From NCBI GenBank assembly GCA_964594075.1, contig CAZQKW010000017.1:1290-65289 (forward strand): DNA of 64,000 bases. Reading direction: 5' to 3'. The position numbers and the translations under genes were made by a program. The DNA is from an uncultured Thermodesulfobacteriota bacterium (GTDB lineage Bacteria > Desulfobacterota > WTBG01 > CAIYCZ01). A model generated the notes under the pieces. That model did no database searches, had not been told where the DNA came from, and was given only the letters and a program-made list of their open reading frames with translations. The stretch's first letter is position 1. Every line of letters starts with the position of its first letter. Positions 1-10,467 of the stretch are shown piece after piece.

Positions 1-809
1 ACCTCTATGCAGTAAAAGATATGGGGTGGGGAGCAACCGGCCCAAAATTTTCAACGCAGTATTTTCGCGGAAACTTTGTAAGCAATTTTTTACACTATTT
101 CAGAAATCAACAGTTTCCGCTTCTCACTACTATTTTTTTCATTCTGGGCATAGTGCTGAACAATAATGAAGAAAATATAAAAGATTCCTGGTATTCATGG
201 AAAGCCAAAGCAGTCGTGGCGCTCTGGTTTATGCTCTTCTGGGGAATTTTTATATATTTTTATGCAGGAAGCTATACCTACGGCGCGGATGTGCGTTTTG
301 CTCTGGTGTCGTATATTCCCATCGCACTGCTGGCCGGTTCTGGTGCGTCGGCACTTCATGGGCGCATTGAGAAATGGGTAAAAGTGATTTCCCCCGCCTA
401 TGTGCTGGCGGGTATAATCATTGTTTCTTTTCTTTCTTTTGTGCCGTATGTGCGCACGGTCGGCCAGGAGGCCTGGGCAGCACGGGCTGACCATGAATAT
501 GCCAAAGTAATGGCGCGCGAACTCCCCCAGGATTCAATTATTCTAACCCATAACCCCAATATGTTTTTAGTGTGGGGAAAAAACGCCGGGCAGGCATCAT
601 TGGCGACCGAACATTCGCAGTATTTTAACAATTTCTTCCGCCGCTATCCGGGCGGCATATATTTTCACTACAATTTCTGGTGCAATGTTTCCGACCCTCT
701 ACAGCAGTCTTTCTGCAAGAATATTCTGGCGCGGTTCGATGCCACGCCGATTATGACTTTTAAAGAGCGGGATTATACATATGTGCTGTATAAGATAGAA
801 AAAAAGTGA
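1..809 (+). CDS. C-terminal part of a polytopic membrane protein, possibly ArnT/GT39-like glycosyltransferase (5' partial)
   Basis: Frame is open from base 3, so the gene starts before the window. Several hydrophobic helices are followed by a soluble tail. Family assignment is by architecture only. Confidence 0.5.
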   Translation, partial: LYAVKDMGWGATGPKFSTQYFRGNFVSNFLHYFRNQQFPLLTTIFFILGIVLNNNEENIKDSWYSWKAKAVVALWFMLFWGIFIYFYAGSYTYGADVRFALVSYIPIALLAGSGASALHGRIEKWVKVISPAYVLAGIIIVSFLSFVPYVRTVGQEAWAARADHEYAKVMARELPQDSIILTHNPNMFLVWGKNAGQASLATEHSQYFNNFFRRYPGGIYFHYNFWCNVSDPLQQSFCKNILARFDATPIMTFKERDYTYVLYKIEKK

Positions 810-844
810 GTGAATGACAGCACACCGTTTGGAGCTTAATTTGA

Positions 845-886
845 AACAGGCAGAAGGTCCATATTATTTCTGCCTGTTCTTTTTTT
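845..886 (+). terminator. Intrinsic terminator
   Basis: AACAGGCAGAA (845-855) / TTCTGCCTGTT (868-878) stem, then C and a T run. Confidence 0.75.
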
Positions 887-1131
887 AGAAATGAAGTAAG
901 TGGTAAGCCCTTTGCGTCCGCCGACCAAATACAAAATACATCAGTCTGCTGAGCATTGACCAAACGCACAGGAAAACGCGCGGAGAAGCTGTTGTTCCCG
1001 TCGCGAATTCACCCCAGAAAGTATTTATGTGACGTCATCTTTTTTGCCTTCAAAGACTTTCATGGAAATCTTTTTCATGACGTTTAAAACTAATTTTGCT
1101 ATAATTTTTTAAAAAATTGAGTCATTATGTT

Positions 1132-1821
1132 ATGAAAAAAGCAGTTGTTCTCCTGAGCGGCGGGGTTGATTCTGTTACTGCCATGGCTATTGCAATGCAT
1201 GAAGGCTATGCGGTTTATGCATTAAGTTTCAATTACGGCCAGCGACACAGCATTGAAATTGAGAAGGCGCGTCGCAGCGCAACGGCAATGGGCGTTGCGA
1301 AACATCTGGTGCTCACTATAGATCTTGCCAGTATTGGTGGCTCAGCATTGACAGATTCTATCCCGATTCCCAAGAACCGTGACGCAGCAGCCGGGGCGCA
1401 TGAAATTCCGGTTACGTATGTTCCTGCCCGCAATACTATTTTCCTTTCCTGCGCCCTTGCCTGGGCTGAAGTGTTACACGCATACGATATTTTTATTGGT
1501 GTTCATGCCCAGGACTATAGCGGGTATCCTGATTGCAGGCCAGAATACCTGCATGCATTTGAGCACATGGCGAATCTTGCAATCAAGGCCGCAGTAGAGG
1601 GGCGAGGGAAAATACGCATTCACGCACCGCTTCTTAACCTTGGCAAGGCGGATATCATCCGCCGGGGCATTGCGCTCGGTGTGGATTATTCTCTGACGCA
1701 TTCCTGTTATGATCCTTCTCCCGATGGCGAAGCGTGCGGACGCTGCGACAGTTGCCTGTTTCGCCGCAAAGGATTTCTTGAAGCAGGCTTGACCGACCCA
1801 ATTGTATATCTGAGTACATGA
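1132..1821 (+). CDS. queC: 7-cyano-7-deazaguanine synthase
   Basis: SGGVDS, YGQRH, TYVPARN, YPDCRP and CGRCDSC motifs. ATG at 1132 preferred over TTG at 1117. Confidence 0.95.
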   Translation: MKKAVVLLSGGVDSVTAMAIAMHEGYAVYALSFNYGQRHSIEIEKARRSATAMGVAKHLVLTIDLASIGGSALTDSIPIPKNRDAAAGAHEIPVTYVPARNTIFLSCALAWAEVLHAYDIFIGVHAQDYSGYPDCRPEYLHAFEHMANLAIKAAVEGRGKIRIHAPLLNLGKADIIRRGIALGVDYSLTHSCYDPSPDGEACGRCDSCLFRRKGFLEAGLTDPIVYLST

Positions 1822-2660
1822 AAAACCCTTTTGCAATACTTGGCATAACGCCGGAAATGTGCAATCGTCTGCAGGACGAAGATCTGTTTGTGATGGTTAA
1901 GTCCGCATACCGCGCATTGCAGACAATTTATCATCCCGACCGCGGGGGTTCCCATAAAAAGGCAATCGAAGTAAATCTTGCATTTGAAATGCTTGATTAC
2001 CGGAAAAACCAGGATAAATTTGTCAGATATAAAGAACTATATATAAAACGGCTCTCGCGGAAATCAGCAGACCGCGCAAAAGAACTGGAAGCACAGCTTG
2101 AACAGCAAAAGTCTGTGTGCCGGAAAACTGCACAGCATTATTATGACTACATTCTCAACCTGATTGGCTGTGACGAACGGAAAAATTCCATTTCCTCTTT
2201 AAAATCAATACGGATTGGGCTCAATGATGTGGCGTTGCAGCAAAATCTTTCCCATGCCATGCCGGTATACGGCGCAAATTACAAGCAAATCAGAATTGAT
2301 GAGCAGGGGCGCAGTTTTGTGAAAGAGGTCGGTTCGTCGACATATCATGAGCGCAAATACACGCAGTTATTGGGCAGCATACCCCGCGACGCAATAGAAA
2401 TTCTGCCCCATTTACAGGGATATGAGACAACCCCGCACGTGCCCTTTAACCTGCGCAATACAAACAAACTGTTGGGGTATCAGAAACCGGTATTTAAAAA
2501 TATTGTGTTGCGCGAAAATTTTATTGTTTACTGTCTGCCTCATCTTGTGCCGTGCATCAAAGAAAATAGTTACCTGATTTCCATCAACCGTAAAAATAAA
2601 AGTTTAATTCTTGAAGGGATTATTATAAAAATCAGCCACGAGGGCAGCTCTATGACGTAG
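1818..2660 (+). CDS. J-domain (DnaJ class C) protein with unknown C-terminal domain
   Basis: N-terminal PFAILG...KSAYRAL..YHPDRGG with the HPD motif. ATGA overlap with the queC stop. Confidence 0.8.
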   Translation: MKNPFAILGITPEMCNRLQDEDLFVMVKSAYRALQTIYHPDRGGSHKKAIEVNLAFEMLDYRKNQDKFVRYKELYIKRLSRKSADRAKELEAQLEQQKSVCRKTAQHYYDYILNLIGCDERKNSISSLKSIRIGLNDVALQQNLSHAMPVYGANYKQIRIDEQGRSFVKEVGSSTYHERKYTQLLGSIPRDAIEILPHLQGYETTPHVPFNLRNTNKLLGYQKPVFKNIVLRENFIVYCLPHLVPCIKENSYLISINRKNKSLILEGIIIKISHEGSSMT

Positions 2661-2714
2661 CAAACATACACGGGTTGGGCACAATTAACAACCTGGATAC
2701 TGCTCAAAGGAGGG

Positions 2715-3323
2715 ATGCCGTTGAAAAAATCTCGCGAGGAACGAAAACAAAACACGCGGGAGCACATTCTTAAAACTGCTATAGACCTTTTTTCCAAAAA
2801 AGGGTTTGAAGCCACCAGTGTGGAAAGTATCACCCGGCGGGCCAGAATTGCCAAGGGAACCTTTTACAATTTTTTTGAAAAAAAGGAGGATGTGCTGCTG
2901 TATTTTTTGGACCGGGAATATTCAAAAAGCGAAGAAGAAATTGAGCGCAAGCTGAATTCGCAGCAAACCTTTATTGACCAGGTAGAATTATCAATTACCG
3001 CGTATATAAAACATATTTTCCCCAACCGGGAATTCAGCAAAGTTCTCATTAAAGAGCGGATCGGGAAAATAGGATCAGGCAAGAATAAGAACGAATCACA
3101 CCTGATGCAGGCCTTATCCCAGTCAATAGACATGGCAAAACAGCGAAAAGAAATTAGCCATACCGTGAATACGCGCCGCTTGACCGAAATGATCTTTGCG
3201 CTCTATACCATGTATGTAATTTACTGGACCAATGGATTTATAAAAACCAAAAAAGATTGCGTCGCCTGTATTAAAGAAGCTATTCAATATATTCTTCACG
3301 GCATTACGGCAAGCACGCCATAG
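2715..3323 (+). CDS. TetR/AcrR family transcriptional regulator
   Basis: HTH: ILKTAIDLFSKKGFEATSVESITRRARIAKGTFYNFFEKKE. AGGAGG RBS. Confidence 0.92.
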   Translation: MPLKKSREERKQNTREHILKTAIDLFSKKGFEATSVESITRRARIAKGTFYNFFEKKEDVLLYFLDREYSKSEEEIERKLNSQQTFIDQVELSITAYIKHIFPNREFSKVLIKERIGKIGSGKNKNESHLMQALSQSIDMAKQRKEISHTVNTRRLTEMIFALYTMYVIYWTNGFIKTKKDCVACIKEAIQYILHGITASTP

Positions 3324-3517
3324 GGTGCCTTCACTCCGCGACTGCAGCCCGATTTTAAGAACGCCCTGTTCCCCGCATCTGCCTGAAAGTATCATAGTTA
3401 TCCTGCCGCAGACAAACTTTTTCCGGATATCGAGTGCCTCAGCCAACTACAGCGGTTTATATTATTCCCGGTGGTAACACGCTCGAGAACGATCGCTGCA
3501 CGCTGTGCACATTTTTC

Positions 3518-3579
3518 TTGACAATAGGATTTTAAGTTACTAATATGACCGCAGTCATTAAATTATGACCACGGTCATA
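3518..3579 (+). promoter_or_regulatory. Sigma70 promoter overlapped by tandem palindromic operators
   Basis: TTGACA (3518-3523), 17 bp, TAATAT (3541-3546). Operators TATGACC-GC-AGTCATT (3544-3559) and perfect TATGACC-AC-GGTCATA (3564-3579). Confidence 0.8.
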
Positions 3580-3611
3580 TTATTCTTATAAACCTTATTC
3601 GGAGAATCGGT

Positions 3612-5069
3612 ATGTCAATTAAAAACGATTTGATACGCATTTTGGACGATGAATCGGTTGTTGATGACCATGATATTCTTAAAGCATATTCATGTGATCA
3701 GAGCTTTTCGGAACCCTGCATGCCCGAAATGGTGGCCTTCGTAAAAACGGTGCCCCAACTGCAGGAGGTGGTGAAATACGCGAATAAAACCCGCATCCCA
3801 ATCATACCATACAGCTCGGGATTTAATCTGCACGGGGCTACCATACCGCGGCAAGGGGGAATTATTGTGAATCTTTCCCGCATGAACGCCATATTGCACA
3901 TTGACGATACTAACTGGTCGTGCATTATTGAGCCGGGCGTAACCGCCAGCCAGTTGCAGGACGAACTGGAGAAGCATCAGCTGCGCGCAATGCTGCCGTT
4001 TGGCGTGCACCCGAAGCGTTCGGCATTGACCAGTTTTTTAGAACGCGATCCCGCAGTAGCAGCAGCAAGCTTTGAATACGGCAATGAACTCATTATGGAT
4101 ACTGAATTGGTGCTTCCCACCGGCGAGCTCTTCCGCACCGGTCTCTGGTCTTCAGGCAACACGTCCGGATCACCAATGGGGCCGGTGCGCGCCATGGTCA
4201 ACAGGCTGTGGACCGGCGCACAGGGGACGCTGGGGATTATGACTAAAATGAATATTAAGGTTGAATATTTGCCGCGCATGCGAAAAATATTTTTGTTCGC
4301 ATTTGATTCGTTTCCCGAAATCATGGAACCATTGCGGCGCATTCAACGAAAAGAAATAGGCCACGAATGTTTTGTTATCAACAATTTTAATCTTGCGGCG
4401 CTTATGTGCAAGGAATGGGGTGTTCCCCAGGAATTGCCGGCGGAGAAAATCAATGCGCGAGAATTTGAAGGATTGCGTGACAAGCTGCCCGAGTGGTTAC
4501 TGGTGGTTTGTCTCAACGGGGGGCCGCGGCTGCCGGCGGGAAAGCTTGCCTATGAGGAAGAAGAATTACGCGGGATTGCAACACGGGCGCATATGCAAGG
4601 GTATAGCAATGGCGAGCTTGAAGAACTGTTGCTAGCAGAAACGCTGCGTCCCTGGGGTATACTTAAGAAATTTTGCTACCGGGGATCGGTACACGATGTA
4701 TCTTTCAAAACGCCGCTGAAGCGGATTCCTGAATTTCAGCGCATTTTACAGGAAGTAACCAATAAATACGATTATCCGATGCGCGATATTGGGATGTATG
4801 TGCTCCCCATTGAACGCGGCCGCGCCATGCATATAGAGATTGATTTTCATGGCGATCCGCATGATCGCTCTGTTATGCCGCAGTTAAAGAATATGTGGCT
4901 GGAGATTAGCGAGAGGTTTATAGACGAGGGAGCATTCTTTGATCGTCCGTATGGCGCATGGGCCGCAATGGTCTATCAGCGAGCAGGTACGTATACGCAA
5001 AAGCTCAAGGAACTGAAACGAGCGCTTGACCCCAACAACATTCTTAATCCGGGGCATCTGTGTTTTTGA
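3612..5069 (+). CDS. FAD-binding oxidoreductase (FAD_binding_4 / VAO-PCMH-GlcD superfamily)
   Basis: EPGVTASQLQDEL, GAQGTLGIMTKM and C-terminal LKRALDPNNILNPG. Confidence 0.85.
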   Translation: MSIKNDLIRILDDESVVDDHDILKAYSCDQSFSEPCMPEMVAFVKTVPQLQEVVKYANKTRIPIIPYSSGFNLHGATIPRQGGIIVNLSRMNAILHIDDTNWSCIIEPGVTASQLQDELEKHQLRAMLPFGVHPKRSALTSFLERDPAVAAASFEYGNELIMDTELVLPTGELFRTGLWSSGNTSGSPMGPVRAMVNRLWTGAQGTLGIMTKMNIKVEYLPRMRKIFLFAFDSFPEIMEPLRRIQRKEIGHECFVINNFNLAALMCKEWGVPQELPAEKINAREFEGLRDKLPEWLLVVCLNGGPRLPAGKLAYEEEELRGIATRAHMQGYSNGELEELLLAETLRPWGILKKFCYRGSVHDVSFKTPLKRIPEFQRILQEVTNKYDYPMRDIGMYVLPIERGRAMHIEIDFHGDPHDRSVMPQLKNMWLEISERFIDEGAFFDRPYGAWAAMVYQRAGTYTQKLKELKRALDPNNILNPGHLCF

Positions 5070-5095
5070 GACCTTGAAAAGAAAGGGAAAGCATT

Positions 5096-6343
5096 ATGAC
5101 CTATTATGAAAAGAAGCCGGAGAAAAAATTTTTTGAAAAGGAATTAGAAGATTACCGGGATTCGGTATGGGGGTGCGCGCGCTGCAACTGGTGTCAGAAC
5201 CAGTGGGGATGGAATGTTAAAAGCGCCGAGTTTTCTGAAATCTGCCCGGCATTTCATGAATACCGGATTTTCCCTTATTCGGGTATGGGGAAAATGCACA
5301 TAGCACGCGCGATCATTGAGGGCGATTTTGACTATGACGACGCCCCTGAAGTGGCCAAATTTTTATATACCTGCACAACCTGTGGCGCGTGCGAGATGAA
5401 TTGTCAGCGATTGCAGGATAAAGAGCCTCTGCAGGTGAACGAGGTGCTGCGCGCCCGTTTTGTCCGGGATGGCGTCGGGCCCATGCCTGAGCACAAGAAT
5501 CTTATAAAGAGTGTAAAAAACTATGATAATCCCTGGATGCAGCCGCGCACGCAGCGGGACCGGTGGGCAAAGAAGCTGCCGATAAAAGATGCCAATAAGG
5601 AGAAAGTAGAAACGCTGTTTTTTGTCGGCTGCACCTCGGCCTTTGATAATACTCAGTGGCATGTTGCCCAAAATACTGCATCCATATTACTGAAAAGCGG
5701 TGTTGATCTCGGGATGCTGGGCAAGAATGAAATATGTTGCGGCAGTCCGGTCGCGCGCATCGGCGATCGCGAGACATTTATAGCGCTGGCAAAACGCAAT
5801 ATTGAGCTGTTAAATTCAAGCGGGGTGAAGGAAATTGTTTCGTTTTGCCCCGGGTGTTTTCGGGCAATGACCCATGATTATAAAGAAATACCCGGCGCCC
5901 CGGCGCTGAAGGCCCGCGTGTTTCATACCGCGGAATATATAGATAAACTCCTCACGGAAGGAAAGCTGCCCATTAAAGGCGAACTTAAAATGCGCGTTAC
6001 CTGGCATGATCCCTGCCATTTGGGGAGACATCTGGGCATTTATGACCCGCCGCGCAGGATTTTACAGGCCATTCCCGGTGTGGAGCTGGTTGAGATGGAG
6101 CGTATTAAAGACCAGTCATGGTGTTGTGGTGGAGGCGGAGGGGCGAGAACTGCTTTCATGGATTTTGCTCAGAAGACTGCAACAAAACGCCTGCGGGAAG
6201 CACAAAAAACAGGCGCTCAGTCTATTGTAACGTCATGCCCGTTTTGCGAACAGAATCTGGGGGACGCAGCGGGTAAGATGGATGACGGGATCGAAGTTCT
6301 TGACCTTACGGATCTATTAATAAAAGTTCTTGATATTGATTAA
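5096..6343 (+). CDS. Fe-S protein with 4Fe-4S dicluster and two CCG domains (GlcF/HdrD-like)
   Basis: CARCNWC..CP, CTTCGACEMNC, CCGSP, CPGC, HDPCHLGR, CCGGGGG, SCPFC. Confidence 0.88.
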   Translation: MTYYEKKPEKKFFEKELEDYRDSVWGCARCNWCQNQWGWNVKSAEFSEICPAFHEYRIFPYSGMGKMHIARAIIEGDFDYDDAPEVAKFLYTCTTCGACEMNCQRLQDKEPLQVNEVLRARFVRDGVGPMPEHKNLIKSVKNYDNPWMQPRTQRDRWAKKLPIKDANKEKVETLFFVGCTSAFDNTQWHVAQNTASILLKSGVDLGMLGKNEICCGSPVARIGDRETFIALAKRNIELLNSSGVKEIVSFCPGCFRAMTHDYKEIPGAPALKARVFHTAEYIDKLLTEGKLPIKGELKMRVTWHDPCHLGRHLGIYDPPRRILQAIPGVELVEMERIKDQSWCCGGGGGARTAFMDFAQKTATKRLREAQKTGAQSIVTSCPFCEQNLGDAAGKMDDGIEVLDLTDLLIKVLDID

Positions 6344-6358
6344 ATAACATTTCAGAGG

Positions 6359-8074
6359 ATGCGCACCATGAATACCACCAAGCAAAAAGTTATCCAAAAA
6401 AGGTTGCCCCGCGAAGTTTACAATGCACTAAAAAATGTTGTCGGCGAACAATGGATTTACGAGCAGCGATCTGTGGTAGAGACCTACAGTAAACTTTCTA
6501 TAGAAGGATTTAGTTTTATAAAAAAGCATAACAAGGACCCGCACGTGCTGCCGGCATGTGTCGTGCTTCCCGCATCAACTGAAGAAACTCAGGCGATTGT
6601 GCGTATTTGCAATCGGTACCAGATACCCTTCATACCGTTTACCAATGGACAGGTGTTTTGTAATCCGACGACGCCAGACCCTACTTTAATAATCCACCTG
6701 TCCCGCATGAATAAAATTGTGCGTATTGATGTGGATAATATGAACGCCACCGTGCAAGCCTATGTTGACTATGGACAACTTCAGGCCGAGACCATGAAAC
6801 GCGGCCTGTGGAATGGCGGAAGCCCGCTTGCGACTTCATTGTGCAAACTGGGCTCACAGTTTGCCTTTGCCGGATTGTGGCAGACGGATCTTAAATACGG
6901 GCTTTTAAACAGAAATGTGGTCAGCGTGAAGATGGTTCTGCCAGATGGCGAAATACTCACCACCGGTTCGCGGTGTATCCCTAAAGCAGGGGATTTCTGG
7001 GAGTATGGCCCCGGACCTGATTTGTTGGGTCTGCAGCGATCAGGAATTGGCACAAACGGCATTGTAACTGAAATTACCCTGAAATTGCACCCCTGGGTTG
7101 GAGATGAAGCATTCCCGGAAGTGCCGGGCGGACGCCCGAGTCTTCGTGATGTGCATGAACCAAAATATGACAGCCCGGCAGCCCCTCTCAAAAACCACAA
7201 ATTATACTGGATAGAATACTTAGATTTAGAGTCCCAGATTAAAGCTATGATTGAAATTGCCCATTCCGGCATCGCCATCGGGCTTAATGCCACGGGCGTT
7301 TATTCCGCGTATTATTGTTCGCAGACGCAGGATATGACGGTGGAGCGGTGCAAAAACAAATTTTTCCCGCCCTATAACTGCTATGTGATACTGGCCAACA
7401 TTACCTCGGATAAGCAGATTGAATATGAAGAAAAAGTGTTGCAGCAGATTGTCAAAGAACACGGTGGCACATTCCTTTCGGAATCCTATAAGCCCGAGGT
7501 TCTCGAGGCGCTGAAGCCGTGGAATTATGATTGCATCCGACATTCCACAGGCTACCGCATGAACCGGAAAATGTATGCCAACGCATGGCTGCCTCAGGGA
7601 CCGTTTGAGAACGCGTTTAAGACCTCCCGGGAATGGAAAAAAGCCCTGGAGCTATTCGGCGAGGTTGACATAACCGACCGTGGCGGAGCTGATGACACGC
7701 CATTTGTGTATGCATTGCAGCGAGGGCATTTTTGCTTTTTTGAGACCGACAATTATCCCGACCCCACACTGCCTGAAGAGATTATGAAAGCTGCCACTTA
7801 TGGCATGTATGGCGCTGCGGCATTTATCAGAAATGACATGGGACCCATGCTCATGGCCTTTTTAAATGCAGAACCCTTTACCACCATGTTTCCCGAGGCC
7901 GGTCCCAATGCCCATCTTTTCATGAGAAAAATCAGAAAAGTATTTGATCCCAACAGCGTTGCATCGCCCGGCCGCCAGGTGTTCACTGAAGAAGAATGGC
8001 AGCAGTTTCCCAAAGAGATAAAGACAGCCGTTAATAAAATGCGGCAGATGCATGGACTTGAAGCTGTGGAATGA
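6359..8074 (+). CDS. Second, divergent FAD-binding oxidoreductase subunit
   Basis: LPACVVLPASTEETQAIVRICN, GIVTEITLKL, IRKVFDPNSVASPG. Confidence 0.8.
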   Translation: MRTMNTTKQKVIQKRLPREVYNALKNVVGEQWIYEQRSVVETYSKLSIEGFSFIKKHNKDPHVLPACVVLPASTEETQAIVRICNRYQIPFIPFTNGQVFCNPTTPDPTLIIHLSRMNKIVRIDVDNMNATVQAYVDYGQLQAETMKRGLWNGGSPLATSLCKLGSQFAFAGLWQTDLKYGLLNRNVVSVKMVLPDGEILTTGSRCIPKAGDFWEYGPGPDLLGLQRSGIGTNGIVTEITLKLHPWVGDEAFPEVPGGRPSLRDVHEPKYDSPAAPLKNHKLYWIEYLDLESQIKAMIEIAHSGIAIGLNATGVYSAYYCSQTQDMTVERCKNKFFPPYNCYVILANITSDKQIEYEEKVLQQIVKEHGGTFLSESYKPEVLEALKPWNYDCIRHSTGYRMNRKMYANAWLPQGPFENAFKTSREWKKALELFGEVDITDRGGADDTPFVYALQRGHFCFFETDNYPDPTLPEEIMKAATYGMYGAAAFIRNDMGPMLMAFLNAEPFTTMFPEAGPNAHLFMRKIRKVFDPNSVASPGRQVFTEEEWQQFPKEIKTAVNKMRQMHGLEAVE

Positions 8075-8401
8075 TACTGTTTATAACAGTTTTTAAGTTG
8101 TTTTTGCCGGACAAGATTAAAAATATAACATTGCAGTGTGCCTTTAATAAAGACAGGTTGAAATGTATGAGCAACAAACAAACATTATTTTATAAATTTT
8201 ATATATTTTTTTATTGACTATCATTTTTTTTTGGGTTAGTTTTTAACCAAATTTAAGTGCTTCCCCTATAGATAGCCGCATGTGAATGCCCCCTTTATAG
8301 CTGGAAGCATTTATTTTCACAGCATGACAATTGTTGTAGTCGTAATTTGCAAATTGTGCTGGGTTGTTTGTGCGGAACAAACGAGGGAGATTTATTGCTG
8401 C

Positions 8402-9502
8402 ATGAAATATTATAGAAACTATTTTTTGCTCCTCTCCTTTATTTTTGTATTTGCCGTATTCTTTGCAGAGGCAGCCACGGAAAGTGCTACCGTGGCGACC
8501 CGATCTTCTGAAAAGTGTCCACAGGTTGCTGCTCAGGACAATGGTAACAGTACAAAAAAAATTGTTACCACAAAAAGAATTAAGAAAACAGGCACTAAAA
8601 ACAGAGCAACTCGCCGTAAAAGCAGATCACAATTAGCTCGGCCGCGAACAGCCCCCGCCACAGCAAGGGCGACGGCCCACAAATATCGGCCGCTTTATGC
8701 CCGTTCGCTTGACGAACTGCAAGGCCCGCTTCCCGAAATTATATATACGGAAATATCCAGATTGAGACAAACCCATCATTTGCTGAATACCGATGACATT
8801 TCCATCCATATCCATGACCTTTCAAAAAATGAAACTGTGGTTAATATAAAGGCTGACCGTATTCGCAATGCTGCAAGCTTGATCAAACCTTTTGTTATGC
8901 TAACGGTCTATGACCTTGCGCAGCAGAACAGAATCTGCCTTACGGATACGGTTGAAAATCAAATTTACAAAATGATCACGATAAGCCACAACGAATCTAC
9001 CAATGGGCTGATTCGACTGATCGGCAATGGCAGCACTTACCGCGGGCTTGAGCTTATAAATGCCACGATTAAGAAATATGGTTTCCGCGATACGTATCTG
9101 GTGGAGGCAATTCCAGAAGGAGGGAGAACGTATCGCAATAGAACCTCCGCATATGATATGAGCGAATTTTTCAGAAAACTTTATAGCCGAACGCTGGTCT
9201 CGCCGTATTATTCACAGAAGATGATCGACATTCTTCTCAACAACAAAGTGCACCGCATAGAAACCCCCACCTTGGTGCAAGACGGCGTGCCGGTAGCGGA
9301 CAAAACCGGCTACGTGCGGGGAACCAACGGAGACTGTGGCATTGTGTTTCTCCGCAATATCAAACACAATGCTTCTGATTATGTTGTTTCAATAATAATT
9401 GAAAATCCCTACCGTCCGCAAGAGGGATGGGGTAAGCAAAAAACCGCCGTAATCCGTCACCTGTCAAATCTGATATATTCCTATTTCAGGCAGCAGGTTT
9501 AG
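8402..9502 (+). CDS. Exported serine hydrolase, class A beta-lactamase-like (Beta-lactamase2)
   Basis: Signal peptide, SLIK (SxxK), SHN (SxN) and KTG motifs. ATG at 8402 preferred. Confidence 0.8.
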   Translation: MKYYRNYFLLLSFIFVFAVFFAEAATESATVATRSSEKCPQVAAQDNGNSTKKIVTTKRIKKTGTKNRATRRKSRSQLARPRTAPATARATAHKYRPLYARSLDELQGPLPEIIYTEISRLRQTHHLLNTDDISIHIHDLSKNETVVNIKADRIRNAASLIKPFVMLTVYDLAQQNRICLTDTVENQIYKMITISHNESTNGLIRLIGNGSTYRGLELINATIKKYGFRDTYLVEAIPEGGRTYRNRTSAYDMSEFFRKLYSRTLVSPYYSQKMIDILLNNKVHRIETPTLVQDGVPVADKTGYVRGTNGDCGIVFLRNIKHNASDYVVSIIIENPYRPQEGWGKQKTAVIRHLSNLIYSYFRQQV

Positions 9503-9522
9503 TTGTCAGTGGGTGTCTTGTG

Positions 9523-10335
9523 CTATGGCTTTCTCGCCTGATACGCCGTAACAAACGCATTTAGTTTTTCTTCTATTATCCGCTCTGCCGCTGCAATCTC
9601 CGCTTCCGAGGCAAATTCTGAAGCAAGACACAAAAAAATTTTATCAAAGTGCGACGGCTTTATTTTCCAGTTTTTTTCGTATTCAATCCGTGCAAGGTGA
9701 TATTCTGCCCGGGAGAAGTAATATTTTCCCAGCCGGTTTTTCGCCGAGCTAAACTGCCAGCCCGTTTTCAATGCGCAATACTTTTCAAAAGCGTTTTTTA
9801 TTTCGCTCTCGGCAAACCTGTCAGGTTTGAGGCAATCGCCGAGACGATTCTGGACAATTGTAAAAAACTCTTTGACAAAATCAATGTCGGTAATAACCAA
9901 TCCGTATAAATACCAGTCATTAAGCGTTGCTACGACAGCAGTCTGCTCCACATAGCTGAGATAGGAATAGCTAAGGCAAAAATGGCCGGCGCACATTTCC
10001 GTGCCGTAAAATGAGCAATCCCTCATGTCCTGCCCCTGATGAAGGTTGGGGTGCAGCATACAGCCAACCCTGGTCTGTTCCTTGTTAATAAACCCTAAAA
10101 ATTCGCAATTGTAAATGGTATCGCAAAGTTTTTGCTGCTCAATCGTTTTGCGTTGAAGCTTTCGATATAACCCAATATCAGGATTTTCCCCCAAAGAAAA
10201 GAACAGGCGGGTGTTACTTTTTAATAGCGCAGCGAGCGTGTTTCGGGAGTGGTCCTCCCAATTATAAAGACCGCAGCAGGCACCGCATGATTTATTCTCG
10301 TCGGGCTGACAAAGATGTATGGGGTATTTTTCCAT
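9523..10335 (-). CDS. Cys-rich conserved hypothetical protein (putative metal/Fe-S binding)
   Basis: C-x6-SCGACCGLYN, CEFLGF, GCMLHP, CSFYG..CAGHFC. Confidence 0.65.
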   Translation of the reverse strand: MEKYPIHLCQPDENKSCGACCGLYNWEDHSRNTLAALLKSNTRLFFSLGENPDIGLYRKLQRKTIEQQKLCDTIYNCEFLGFINKEQTRVGCMLHPNLHQGQDMRDCSFYGTEMCAGHFCLSYSYLSYVEQTAVVATLNDWYLYGLVITDIDFVKEFFTIVQNRLGDCLKPDRFAESEIKNAFEKYCALKTGWQFSSAKNRLGKYYFSRAEYHLARIEYEKNWKIKPSHFDKIFLCLASEFASEAEIAAAERIIEEKLNAFVTAYQARKP

Positions 10336-10467
10336 ATGGCGTGCACCTGCGACACGACTGCAAACAGAGGTCAGGAACGGAGAAGTTAACGAACAAAATA
10401 ATTCAGTCTTTATCTATAGCCTGAGCGGTATTGGTGCCGGCATGCCTTGCGCTGTGCACAAGAAGCA

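Noticed and set aside
810-1131. preQ1 riboswitch upstream of queC
   Set aside because: No preQ1-I stem with the A-rich tail and no recognisable preQ1-II/III consensus was found.
1132-1821. queC as part of a Qat/Dpd anti-phage system
   Set aside because: The protein is canonical QueC in length and motifs, with no qatA/B/D or dpd genes nearby.
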